Source: an uncultured virus (IMG/VR IMGVR_UViG_3300030019_000031) (Duplodnaviria; Heunggongvirae; Uroviricota; Caudoviricetes). From it: a stretch of 64,000 nucleotides of DNA. Below, piece by piece: positions 39,453-48,390 of the stretch. The notes under the pieces were generated by a model that was not told the origin of the DNA, searched no databases, and worked only from the letters and a program-made list of their open reading frames with translations. Location: IMG/VR virus record IMGVR_UViG_3300030019_000031. One strand, 5' to 3'. Position numbers and translations under genes: made by a program. Numbering within the stretch: position 1 is the first letter of the stretch; each line of letters begins with the position of its first letter.

Positions 39453-39600
39453 ATGGGATCCTACCAAACCTGTGTATACTTCAAATACAATACACAGATT
39501 CAATATGGAATTACTCCGTTATACGGTCAAGGATCCATCACCGGGAAACATAAGCTTATTTTACTTCGGCCTTACCATGCCGAATCGCGTCGGGAACGCG

Positions 39601-39694
39601 TGGTGAGAGTGTACGGATTTGAACCGTAGTACCGAGATAAGTCACTGTAATAACAGCGGGCGCCTCTTCGTATGTCACCATGCATCACACTCTC
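39601..39694 (-). tRNA. Aberrant tRNA-like element 3 (expanded central arm, encoded CCA)
   Basis: GAGAGTG/CACTCTC-A-CCA, TACGG-TTCAAAT-CCGTA. Confidence 0.7.
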
Positions 39695-39700
39695 ATATCA

Positions 39701-39800
39701 GTAGCTGATTATTCAAGTCACTCAGCCCATGCAGGATAATTATCGGACGGATAATATAGCTACATTTTTGTCCGTCTGAGTGGCTTGAATAACCAGCTAC
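39701..39800 (-). ncRNA. Long stem-loop RNA (25-bp stem)
   Basis: Arms 39701-39725 and 39776-39800; one G-U and one mismatch. Confidence 0.65.
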
Positions 39801-39844
39801 CTATCCAAACTGCTAAAGAAAGGAAAATTTTAGGAAGAAACCCT

Positions 39845-39929
39845 TAATCAGCAGTTGTAAATCTCCTAGTGTTGTATTTGTTCTTTCGCGGCTATTCGAA
39901 AGCACTAGGGGACTTACAACAGCTGATTA
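39845..39929 (-). ncRNA. Long stem-loop RNA (~27-bp stem)
   Basis: TAATCAGC.GTTGTAAGTC.CCTAGTG pairs with CACTAGG.GATTTACAAC.GCTGATTA. Confidence 0.65.
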
Positions 39930-40033
39930 CTCAGCTGCCGCCGCTTTCGCGGAATCATATTTTATCGAGCAACATACTTCGGATCATGCCAAAGTACTTC
40001 TTAAAGGTAAATTACTGCGTTTTGCTTATCTAT

Positions 40034-40074
40034 CTTATATTAATATAATATAAAAATAAAATCGATTTTTAACG
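40034..40074 (-). promoter_or_regulatory. Phage-type promoter driving the RNA region
   Basis: CGTTAAAAA-N15-TATTATATTAATATA; near-identical copy at 43427-43466. Confidence 0.8.
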
Positions 40075-40104
40075 GGTAAATAAGCGGGTTTTGATTTTTA
40101 TTTT

Positions 40105-41079
40105 TTAATCGTTGTCTAAGTGATAGATAGTTTCCATCGTAGGATTATCTACGTATGCTGCCTTGAGGTTATCACCGAAACGGTTCTTAGCGGCGATGTG
40201 AGCATTACTATAATCACCACCGACAAGGAATAATCTGCGAGTAACCTTACCACCTTCTAATGGGATAGTACCATAATAACCAACGACATCTACAAGACCG
40301 CGGACATCGCCGGCTAACTTACCAGGAAGCAATGGTGTATAGAACCATCTCTTTGAAGTATCCTGATCGGTATCTTGGCCACAGATAAAAATACTGTTGA
40401 TTGGCAGATCGCGCAATCTGCGCACAAGAAACTGAATCATTTCACGTGATCTGCCCCACTCAGCAAATTGAGCCTGATCTGGTTCAGCATCCAGTTTTTG
40501 TGTAAGCGGATCAATGCCGAGTAACTGATACATACAGTATTTCTGTGCCTCAGTTAAGGAGTCAGTAATAACTGTACGGATCATCTTGGGCTGGGGGATC
40601 ATCTCCGCTAATTTGGCATCATCCGAACATACGGCAGGCGGGAATCCCTTAATCTGTGCTTCAAGACGACGTAAGTTTTTAATGTCATTACTGTCGCGGA
40701 ATTTCACATGAATCTTAAGGAATTCATAGATATTGGAATATTGTTTGTACGTCTGCACAGGGATAACAAGTACCCTCTTACCGACATCAATATTCAATTT
40801 CTTGCCTTCTTTAATCAACTGCTTGATTCCTTTTTCGCCGCCTTCCAAAGTGATATAAAGCACATCACTATAGGCATCGACTAAGGCGGCAGAACAAGCG
40901 AGAAAAGTTTTACCTACACCGAAATCGCCATACCACAAAGCGGATAGCCAATCGGAAGCAAAGTCTAAGTCTCTTGCAATAAAGGGGTTATTAGCGGACG
41001 GAACCGGAGCAGCTGAAACTACTGGTACGCTAGGCATTGATGGTGCTGGAGTACTCGAAGATGTACCTGATAAAGCCAT
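40105..41079 (-). CDS. AAA_24/Sak4-like ATPase (single-strand annealing)
   Basis: YGDFGVGKT, EGG, ITDSLT, VDVVGY, AKNR. Confidence 0.8.
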   Translation of the reverse strand: MALSGTSSSTPAPSMPSVPVVSAAPVPSANNPFIARDLDFASDWLSALWYGDFGVGKTFLACSAALVDAYSDVLYITLEGGEKGIKQLIKEGKKLNIDVGKRVLVIPVQTYKQYSNIYEFLKIHVKFRDSNDIKNLRRLEAQIKGFPPAVCSDDAKLAEMIPQPKMIRTVITDSLTEAQKYCMYQLLGIDPLTQKLDAEPDQAQFAEWGRSREMIQFLVRRLRDLPINSIFICGQDTDQDTSKRWFYTPLLPGKLAGDVRGLVDVVGYYGTIPLEGGKVTRRLFLVGGDYSNAHIAAKNRFGDNLKAAYVDNPTMETIYHLDND

Positions 41080-41101
41080 AATAAAATCCTCCTTATATTA
41101 T

Positions 41102-41127
41102 GTACAGCGCCTATTTAAGGCGCTGTA
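41102..41127. terminator. Hairpin
   Basis: GTACAGCGCCT-ATTTA-AGGCGCTGTAC. Confidence 0.55.
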
Positions 41128-41128
41128 C

Positions 41129-41440
41129 TCAGTAAGTTATTTCGCTAGAAGTCATGAGATCAGGTTCCTTGTTTGTCTTTTGGGAATCATTATAACCCTT
41201 CCAGAAACCATCAACAAAAGAAGTCCATTCTTTTGTTTTGAAATAGTCATCCTTCTTAGTTTTCTGTAATTCCTTTTTGACATCATCCAAATACTTCTGC
41301 GCTGTTTTCTTACTTGATGTGATTTGTTGTACAGATGAAGTAGTCGTTAGACCAGAAGTCATAACTTGTTGCTCTTCTGTGCAACCGCTAAAAGATAATA
41401 GCATGAGGCAGGATAAGCCAATAATAAAAGCATGTTTCAT
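41129..41440 (-). CDS. Putative lipoprotein
   Basis: Signal peptide ending LLSFSG-C; AGGAGGTG RBS. Confidence 0.7.
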   Translation of the reverse strand: MKHAFIIGLSCLMLLSFSGCTEEQQVMTSGLTTTSSVQQITSSKKTAQKYLDDVKKELQKTKKDDYFKTKEWTSFVDGFWKGYNDSQKTNKEPDLMTSSEITY

Positions 41441-41486
41441 ATTTTACACCTCCTTTCAAGAGTATGTATAACTTATCCTGTCGATA

Positions 41487-41909
41487 TTATGTCAATGATT
41501 GATTCTCAGTAAAACTACGCCAAGCAGCCATCGCAGCTACGCCAGAAGATTCTTTTTGTAACGTCTTAATGAACACCAAAAAGCCGTTACGCATATATTG
41601 CAAATCATCTGTACCATCGATCTTTTGCATTAGAGGAGAAATCTCCATTAATGGATCCAAGGGCACTGCGCCGGTGATTGCTGTATATAGAATACCAGCC
41701 TGCATAATAACAAATGAAACAGTGTTTGTTAAATTATCTGTCATGGTGTTATACTCAGTGACAAGGTTATTATATGCCGTCAGCTGTTCTTTGTAATCAG
41801 CAATAGCGAGCATTTTTTCTTCCCCCAGATTAGCCAGCTGATTCTCCTGTTGCGCGATTTTATTCTTCATACCGACAACAGATAAATGTTCATTTTTATG
41901 CCCAACCAT
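41487..41909 (-). CDS. Hypothetical coiled-coil protein
   Basis: GAGGAG RBS before ATG 41909. Confidence 0.65.
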   Translation of the reverse strand: MVGHKNEHLSVVGMKNKIAQQENQLANLGEEKMLAIADYKEQLTAYNNLVTEYNTMTDNLTNTVSFVIMQAGILYTAITGAVPLDPLMEISPLMQKIDGTDDLQYMRNGFLVFIKTLQKESSGVAAMAAWRSFTENQSLT

Positions 41910-41910
41910 A

Positions 41911-43389
41911 TTAACACTCCTCTTCGTAAGCAAACTGGAAGCCGGGAGCATCTTCAGGATTTTCATTTAACTCAATATTTAACTCTTCTGCCGTTTGCAT
42001 GATAGTTTCCATAGAGACTAAATCTTCATCGGATTCGGGCCATACGATGTCTTTACGCCAATCATCAATATTGCCATCCTCTGTACGTGGGCGCTGTTTC
42101 CATTGGAGCATCATTTCTCTGACAAGGATGTCATCTTTTTTGTCAATGGCGACGCACATATCACGGAAAGGGCAATCCCAAATACAATCTCTTGTCGGAT
42201 TGGGATAACAATACAAGTCTTTAGAAAGCATCATACGAACTTCACCCATAATGTTTTCATAGGTGGATTCAATTTGATTTCTATCCCTTGTTACAAAATC
42301 CCAACGAACAAAGCGGTCACCTTCAGGCGTTTCTTTTTCAGCTAAGGCGTTTAAGAATTGAATAAGCTTGCTTGGGGCTGCTTGTACAGAACCGAAATCA
42401 GCAATGAGCTCTTGCTTAAGTAAGCCGTACGTGGTTTTTTGTTTCTTGTCCACACTCAGCTCGCCGCTCTTTAATCTCTTAGGGGCCTGTACTTTATCTT
42501 TGGTGAGTTGTATATACACAAAGCCATAGATAGGATGTTTAAACCAAAGCTCAGCCGCCCAGCAATAAGCACTAATTTGATCATCTGTGTCTAACTTGTT
42601 TGTATCGGCGCCCTTAGCTGTTTTGTAATCAGCAATCCACCAACGCCCAAACCGATCTATAACCAATTTATCCATTGTGCCGTGATAATAGATTGGAACA
42701 AGATTAACGGGATGTTTAACCCCGGTAGTATCAGTCCAAACATATTCTTCTATCGGTTCTCCATCAATTTCAACGACGTTATCATCACCATAGAGGGCAT
42801 TTATAACCTTCTTAGTAAGATAGCCTGTATCATAAGTTCCCTGCCTATATTCCGCCCCCGGTGTATATACGGCATAGATCGTATCTGTTACCGCATCTGT
42901 AATTACCTGTATATCGAGTGGTATATTAAAACTTTGCTCAACCGCAGGAGTAGCGCCAGGAGTAAAGGGCTGTACTACATTCATCTTGTCATCAAACCAG
43001 ATAGTAGTAAACCCAGGCTGCTCATTGTGTCTCTCGTGCCAAGTTAGATAATAACTTAACATTGCAATACCTAATTCATAACAAGCATCTGCTCCCATAG
43101 GAAGATCGTCCGATTTGAATGCATGATAATAAGCATAAAGTGCACGTCGCGGATCTTTAAACCGATTATAGCCATGGTAATCTTCCAAGGCAAAATGGAT
43201 AGCAGAACCAAACCAGAAATTAATATTCTGCTCTGATCCTACCGAGGCAAGATTCTGCCTCAATGAGGACGTGTGGTCCCATTTGCGTAAACAACGACGA
43301 AAAACTCTTCTATCAGAAGTTCTGATAGTGAATTTACTTCGCACATTCGGGACTACTATTGTAGCTGACTCCGGAATGATAGCGTTCAT
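41911..43389 (-). CDS. PD-(D/E)XK exonuclease (RecB/Cas4-like)
   Basis: FRRCLRKW, GSAIH, GTMD, IADYKT, QISAY, C.WDCPFRDMC. Confidence 0.85.
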   Translation of the reverse strand: MNAIIPESATIVVPNVRSKFTIRTSDRRVFRRCLRKWDHTSSLRQNLASVGSEQNINFWFGSAIHFALEDYHGYNRFKDPRRALYAYYHAFKSDDLPMGADACYELGIAMLSYYLTWHERHNEQPGFTTIWFDDKMNVVQPFTPGATPAVEQSFNIPLDIQVITDAVTDTIYAVYTPGAEYRQGTYDTGYLTKKVINALYGDDNVVEIDGEPIEEYVWTDTTGVKHPVNLVPIYYHGTMDKLVIDRFGRWWIADYKTAKGADTNKLDTDDQISAYCWAAELWFKHPIYGFVYIQLTKDKVQAPKRLKSGELSVDKKQKTTYGLLKQELIADFGSVQAAPSKLIQFLNALAEKETPEGDRFVRWDFVTRDRNQIESTYENIMGEVRMMLSKDLYCYPNPTRDCIWDCPFRDMCVAIDKKDDILVREMMLQWKQRPRTEDGNIDDWRKDIVWPESDEDLVSMETIMQTAEELNIELNENPEDAPGFQFAYEEEC

Positions 43390-43426
43390 AAAAACAACCC
43401 TTTCAAAATAAATTATGATAAGTGGT

Positions 43427-43466
43427 CTATATTAATATAATATAAAAATAAAATCGATTTTTAACG
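43427..43466 (-). promoter_or_regulatory. Phage-type promoter
   Basis: Near-identical to 40034-40074. Confidence 0.8.
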
Positions 43467-43476
43467 GAGTTATTAT

Positions 43477-44892
43477 TTATTTTCTTGGGCCAACTTTACG
43501 TAACATCATCTGATATTGTTCCTCTGTACCGATAATCCAGTTAGCTGAATCCTGCTTTTCATTCAAGCGGCGTTTGACATCTTCATCAACAGAATTACCA
43601 TTATGCAATAGGTAATTACAATTAACGAAGTTAGATTGTCCTAGGCGGCATAAGCGATCTTCTGATTGCGTGTTAAAATTGAAATCCCACTCATAACCTA
43701 AAAAGAAACAATCCGATGCTGTAGTAGCATGAAAAGAGGCACCACTTTTGATAACACAAATCATTGCTTTATTTCTAGACGGATCACTTTCAAACCCCTG
43801 CCAAGAGTTAGCAAAAGCAGCAGGTGTCATACCGCCACTTATAAGATAGATTTTCGTTGCCATACCCATCTCAAAGATAACATCTTGAATTATAGATAGG
43901 GCTTGCTTAAACGGAGTAAACACTACAAAAGGCCGACCAGCAGTTAATAAAGCTTCTCCGGCCTCTCTAATATAATCTAAACCTGCTCCATCTTCATCAA
44001 TACCTAATAACCTAGGTGAAACAAGCAACTGACGCGCGCGGAGCATAGCAGTCATTTTATTAGGCGTCACAATAGTACTATCATCATCGCCATAATATAA
44101 CTCTTCTAAGACACCCTGGTGCGCAAGTCTCTGCTTAGGAGTCATCTCAAGTGGAATAACATTCCGTTGTTTGCCAGGCAAATCCTTCAGTACTTCTGTC
44201 TTAAGCCTACGTACCATATAATTATCTAACACGGAACGAAAGCTCTCGATGTTTCTAGGATTCCGCTCTATGTGTTTGCCAAACGGCGTATCTATCACGA
44301 TACAGTACTTATTTACGAATTGCCAGTAGTTTTTGAATGCCTCTGGTGCAATGAGATGTAATGGCGCATATAAATCAATTACGCCTTGTCTGATAGGAGT
44401 GCCGGTCATAAGATATAGATATGGCACTTTCTTAGAGTACTCCTGTACCATCCTAAACGTTTTGGTCTTCTGATTCAATAGACCGGCCACATGAATTTCA
44501 TCGCAGATAAGAGCGTTCCAGCAATCTTTATCCAGTTCATTTGCTACGCCGTAAGTGGTAATAAGGAAATGTGTATCCTCGTAATAAAATATATCCCATA
44601 TTTTCTTTCTTTTTGCTGGTGTACCGGTATAGATAATGCAGTCTTCGTCAAACCATTTGCTAATTTCTTCTTTCCAAACGTATAAAGCATTCTTGGAGCA
44701 TATTACTAATATCTGCCAAGGCGCATTATAGTCTGGTACTTTGTCTATTGCTGAAATAAGGGATTGTAATGTCTTACCTAATCCCATATCATCAAATTCT
44801 AGATTACCGTCCCGCTTAGACATAATAGAAATGCCCTCCGTCTGGTAAGAACGGAGAGCTAATTTGGCTTCAGCTAATTTGTCTTTAATCAT
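43477..44892 (-). CDS. SNF2-like helicase
   Basis: LRSYQ, DDMGLGKT, CDEIH, MTGTP, QSEDRLCRLGQ. Confidence 0.9.
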   Translation of the reverse strand: MIKDKLAEAKLALRSYQTEGISIMSKRDGNLEFDDMGLGKTLQSLISAIDKVPDYNAPWQILVICSKNALYVWKEEISKWFDEDCIIYTGTPAKRKKIWDIFYYEDTHFLITTYGVANELDKDCWNALICDEIHVAGLLNQKTKTFRMVQEYSKKVPYLYLMTGTPIRQGVIDLYAPLHLIAPEAFKNYWQFVNKYCIVIDTPFGKHIERNPRNIESFRSVLDNYMVRRLKTEVLKDLPGKQRNVIPLEMTPKQRLAHQGVLEELYYGDDDSTIVTPNKMTAMLRARQLLVSPRLLGIDEDGAGLDYIREAGEALLTAGRPFVVFTPFKQALSIIQDVIFEMGMATKIYLISGGMTPAAFANSWQGFESDPSRNKAMICVIKSGASFHATTASDCFFLGYEWDFNFNTQSEDRLCRLGQSNFVNCNYLLHNGNSVDEDVKRRLNEKQDSANWIIGTEEQYQMMLRKVGPRK

Positions 44893-45079
44893 TGGAATCC
44901 TCCGAACATGCCGCGACCTCTTTCATGGCTTTCTCTACTTCTGCTCCGGCAGCGTTCATGTCAGCTACGGCATGTGTATATGCTATTTGACAGCAGGCCA
45001 TCTGATTGCTGGCTGCTTGTAGATGATTCATGGCTGAATTAAAAGCCGCGAACGCTAAAATCTGTCTATAGATATTCAT
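44885..45079 (-). CDS. Hypothetical protein
   Basis: RBS, operon context. Confidence 0.6.
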   Translation of the reverse strand: MNIYRQILAFAAFNSAMNHLQAASNQMACCQIAYTHAVADMNAAGAEVEKAMKEVAACSEDSND

Positions 45080-45088
45080 AGTAGCCTC

Positions 45089-45277
45089 CTACCAACTCTG
45101 TTGTTGTATATGTGTGGCATGCGCTTCAATTTGTATTGCCTCATCTACAAACGCCGCTTCATCGTAAGCCAGCGCTTGCCCATTTAACTCACGCTTTTTA
45201 TTTTCTGCTTTCATTCCAAGTACGCGGACAGTTTCGGCCATAGCAAAACATAACTGTGCTGCTGTAAAATCACTCAT
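45089..45277 (-). CDS. Hypothetical protein
   Basis: AAAGGAGG RBS before ATG 45277. Confidence 0.6.
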   Translation of the reverse strand: MSDFTAAQLCFAMAETVRVLGMKAENKKRELNGQALAYDEAAFVDEAIQIEAHATHIQQQSW

Positions 45278-45480
45278 TATTTTAATCCTCCCTTTATATA
45301 ATAAGGACAGAATATTGCCGGACATATTATATCCTCATGCTGTTGACAACAGCCATGTGGGCCATTAGCACAAGTTATGCACTTGCATCCATTAACACGA
45401 CAAACGACACACATGCCGCATTGCTCTTCTTTTTCTTCCTCTGGCTGTTTAGCTGCAGGGAATGCTAGTATCTTTGCCAT
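45277..45480 (-). CDS. Small Cys-rich protein
   Basis: AGGAGG RBS; about ten Cys. Confidence 0.6.
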   Translation of the reverse strand: MAKILAFPAAKQPEEEKEEQCGMCVVCRVNGCKCITCANGPHGCCQQHEDIICPAIFCPYYIKGGLK

Positions 45481-45943
45481 CTTGCTCCTCCTTAGTGTAA
45501 TCTTTACCATTTTCATATTTGGGGAAGATATAATCAGTTTCGCCAGGATGCCAGTGTGGATTATCCTCGTGCCAAACTGAATAGATACAGGCTCTGCAAC
45601 ATGTTGAGCCGCTCCGCCAATGGATCATCCCATAGTATTCAGGCTGATGACAGACGGGGCATATAACTATTCTGAGCATTTCTGCCTCGGGGTTATTCTT
45701 TCCCTCTTTAAGTTGTATCTGTAGAGCTTCTTCAATTGCAGTAATTAAGGAATCCTCATCCACATAACACTCCGGATCATTATCCGCACATGGTGGATAA
45801 CAAGGATTACCGTTACCATCTGATGTAACTCCATGATGACAATCATCTGTGTATTTGCAAAAAGTACAGTGATCAATGCCTAATCTATCTGCCAATTGGG
45901 AAAGTTCCTCTAAAGATAAATCGCTTAACTTAAGCTCTACCAT
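45449..45943 (-). CDS. Hypothetical Cys-rich two-domain protein
   Basis: AAAGGAGG RBS before ATG 45943; several CxxC. Confidence 0.6.
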   Translation of the reverse strand: MVELKLSDLSLEELSQLADRLGIDHCTFCKYTDDCHHGVTSDGNGNPCYPPCADNDPECYVDEDSLITAIEEALQIQLKEGKNNPEAEMLRIVICPVCHQPEYYGMIHWRSGSTCCRACIYSVWHEDNPHWHPGETDYIFPKYENGKDYTKEEQDGKDTSIPCS

Positions 45944-46163
45944 TATTTGTATCCTCCTTTGTTTTCTCTCTTGCTTGTTTCCATTCACCATAGCCAACAG
46001 CTTCAAGTCGTATAAATCGCCCATCGTAACCATAAAGGAAATCATACATTGGATCTGCTAAGGCGATTACAGTAGCCAAGTCTTCTTTTGCTTGTTTTAA
46101 TTGTTGCTCTAGTAAATCAAACTCTTCCTGCGTTGGTGGTAACGTTAATGGTTTAGTTGTCAC
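45930..46163 (-). CDS. Hypothetical protein
   Basis: RBS, coupled. Confidence 0.55.
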   Translation of the reverse strand: MTTKPLTLPPTQEEFDLLEQQLKQAKEDLATVIALADPMYDFLYGYDGRFIRLEAVGYGEWKQAREKTKEDTNNGRA

Positions 46164-46561
46164 TACTTAACACCTCTAGCCCTTCTAAATTTGTCTCTGG
46201 GATCTTTGACATGCATAGAGGATTGTAACGCCTTTATAAGACGCTCCTCGCTAGTCCAAATCTCAATTACTTTACCCGTTGTGGTATAGATATCCAACTC
46301 CATATCGAAGGCTGCTTTTGGAGGAGTCGCTAACATATTACCAATGACACCGAACATTATTGTACTTGAGACTTGCCTGGTTGCCGCTACGAGATCCTTA
46401 CGCGCATCGACTGTTCGATTTTGAATAATCTGTACATGTGAAACATGTAGCTCGGTAAGATGCCATAATGAATTATACCCGTATACTTTACCAAGCGAAC
46501 ATGTTATGTGCTTCCATCCGCATTCTTTTGTATTGTGTATCTTAGTTCCCATATAAGTCAC
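46163..46561 (-). CDS. Hypothetical protein
   Basis: First gene after the promoter at 46581-46621. Confidence 0.55.
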   Translation of the reverse strand: MTYMGTKIHNTKECGWKHITCSLGKVYGYNSLWHLTELHVSHVQIIQNRTVDARKDLVAATRQVSSTIMFGVIGNMLATPPKAAFDMELDIYTTTGKVIEIWTSEERLIKALQSSMHVKDPRDKFRRARGVK

Positions 46562-46580
46562 CAGTCGCTTTCATATTTAT

Positions 46581-46621
46581 CTTATATTAATATAATATCC
46601 AAATGATTTTTGTTTTTTACT
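46581..46621 (-). promoter_or_regulatory. Phage-type promoter (variant)
   Basis: AGTAAAAAA-N15-TATTATATTAATATAAG. Confidence 0.65.
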
Positions 46622-46718
46622 GGCTTGCGAATTGAAACGAAGACGACAGAACAAAAGAGACGAAATCTGCCGCTCGCGGTACACCACGGCAGCGAGCTTT
46701 CGCCTCTCTCTTAGTCCC

Positions 46719-47765
46719 TTATATATTTATATCGTATTTACTGTAACGCTCCTGCGCCAATTTATGGCATATAGACATTACTTCACGCATCTGCGGATGA
46801 GCCGGATCAGCATCGCGTAATCCAAAGATGATATCCCACTCGGATAAAGGTGCCGTCATAATGATCTCGGTCTTTAATGAGTTAGGCAATATTGCCCTTG
46901 CTTCTTGTGGCGTTGCCCCCAAGCCAATAAGAAAGTTATAACCACTCTCAGCCATTTCCATATGAGTACGCCACATTTGAAATTTTTGTGTATTTGCATA
47001 GTCAACGGAATTCGCTCCGGCACGGGCATCACATGGCATCCAGAAACAAGGATCAATAAACGTTAACTGACTACCGAATTTGGCTTTACGATAATTACAG
47101 TAGCGCGTAGATTCCTGCGCAAAGCTTACAGGACGATGACGAACAAGCTCATGTGATACACCACGATCACAGATAAAATCTGCGGTCATATAGACATGTC
47201 GCTTTATAATCTTGTCGCCGAGCCAATCGCAACAAAGAAGGATCTCCTGCTCAATTACATGAGCGTCTTCATAGTTGGAGGTGTTGAATGTGTACGGATT
47301 AGCCAGATCAGCAAAAAGCACATTGTATTGATCCGGATCATAACGATATAGCGCTTGCAAAATACCGGAGCATCTCATCCAACCGTTTTCTTCTGCTATC
47401 CGCGATTGGATGTAATTACGCCATGCCCTTACATTGCCCGTAACTAGAGTTACTTCACCTGCCATAACCTGAAATACCTCTTGCCTCTCAGGATGAGAAG
47501 ACAACATAACGTAATCCATTGCCAAGAAAGTGCCATGCCCTTCACAGTTTATAGCTTGCCCAACGCGTACAGGTAAAACAAGTGAATACACAGCATGCTC
47601 AAGCATGGCCGTATGTTTATTCTCTATTATCCTCTGTACGAATGCTTTATTAGAATCCTCAGTAATCTTATCCTCCGATTTGTAACACACACGACCACAG
47701 CGCTCGATCTTCATCAGTGGATTTGTTTCCTCAATGAGTGAACAAGACGGTTTAATTATTTGCAT
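46719..47765 (-). CDS. thyX: FAD-dependent thymidylate synthase
   Basis: GRVCYKS, H.AMLEH, HELVRHRPVSFAQESTRY, QEARAILP, AHPQMR. Confidence 0.93.
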   Translation of the reverse strand: MQIIKPSCSLIEETNPLMKIERCGRVCYKSEDKITEDSNKAFVQRIIENKHTAMLEHAVYSLVLPVRVGQAINCEGHGTFLAMDYVMLSSHPERQEVFQVMAGEVTLVTGNVRAWRNYIQSRIAEENGWMRCSGILQALYRYDPDQYNVLFADLANPYTFNTSNYEDAHVIEQEILLCCDWLGDKIIKRHVYMTADFICDRGVSHELVRHRPVSFAQESTRYCNYRKAKFGSQLTFIDPCFWMPCDARAGANSVDYANTQKFQMWRTHMEMAESGYNFLIGLGATPQEARAILPNSLKTEIIMTAPLSEWDIIFGLRDADPAHPQMREVMSICHKLAQERYSKYDINI

Positions 47766-48390
47766 ATTTATCCTCCTCAATTAATTTACGTTTTGATATA
47801 ATGTCGCGACTATACGAAGAACTGTATATACCATTGCGCCATTTTTGTCTAGCGCTATTCTCCCCATAATTATATGCCATCAGTGCCCTTTGAGCGTCAT
47901 ATCTAAGTAGATAGGTCGAAATCATATAAACGCCGGCTTCTATATTTTGTTTAGCATTTAGGAAGTCGGTAACGCCTAAAGCTTCTTGTAACCACTTATG
48001 ATTGCATTTATTAATTTGCATTATGCCGTAATCATTAGTGGCACTGATGCCATCCACTGTAAAATTGGACTCTCGCCACATCATGGCAAGAACCAATTCA
48101 TAGTGCTGTGGGATACCATACTGTTGACACTTCTTGTATGTATATTCTTGTAGGGATGTGTCAAGCGGAATATGATAAGTCGCTATAGCCAATTTTGCAG
48201 GGGTTTTATATTCTTTGGCAGTATAAGTAGCAGATGTATCTACTTGTACCACCACTGGTACGCTAAAAGTTGACTTGTTAGGTAATTGTGGCCCCAATGG
48301 AATTGATGCATCTTTTGTTGCGGGGGCACAAGCTATTAGTAGACCGCATATTAATACAAACGCAATACCTCTTTTGAGGTACTTAGGCAA
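47752..48390 (-). CDS. Secreted/lipoprotein lytic transglycosylase (SLT domain)
   Basis: MMWRESNF, GIMQIN, NIEAG, ALMAYNYG; N-terminal signal peptide; TTG start inferred. Confidence 0.85.
   Translation of the reverse strand: MPKYLKRGIAFVLICGLLIACAPATKDASIPLGPQLPNKSTFSVPVVVQVDTSATYTAKEYKTPAKLAIATYHIPLDTSLQEYTYKKCQQYGIPQHYELVLAMMWRESNFTVDGISATNDYGIMQINKCNHKWLQEALGVTDFLNAKQNIEAGVYMISTYLLRYDAQRALMAYNYGENSARQKWRNGIYSSSYSRDIISKRKLIEEDKYANN

Noticed and set aside
39293..39553. 86-aa ORF in the RNA region
   Set aside because: Antisense to a tRNA-like element, TTG start, no RBS
41911..43389. Cas4 as part of a CRISPR system
   Set aside because: Context with Sak4, SSB and helicase indicates an ordinary phage recombination exonuclease
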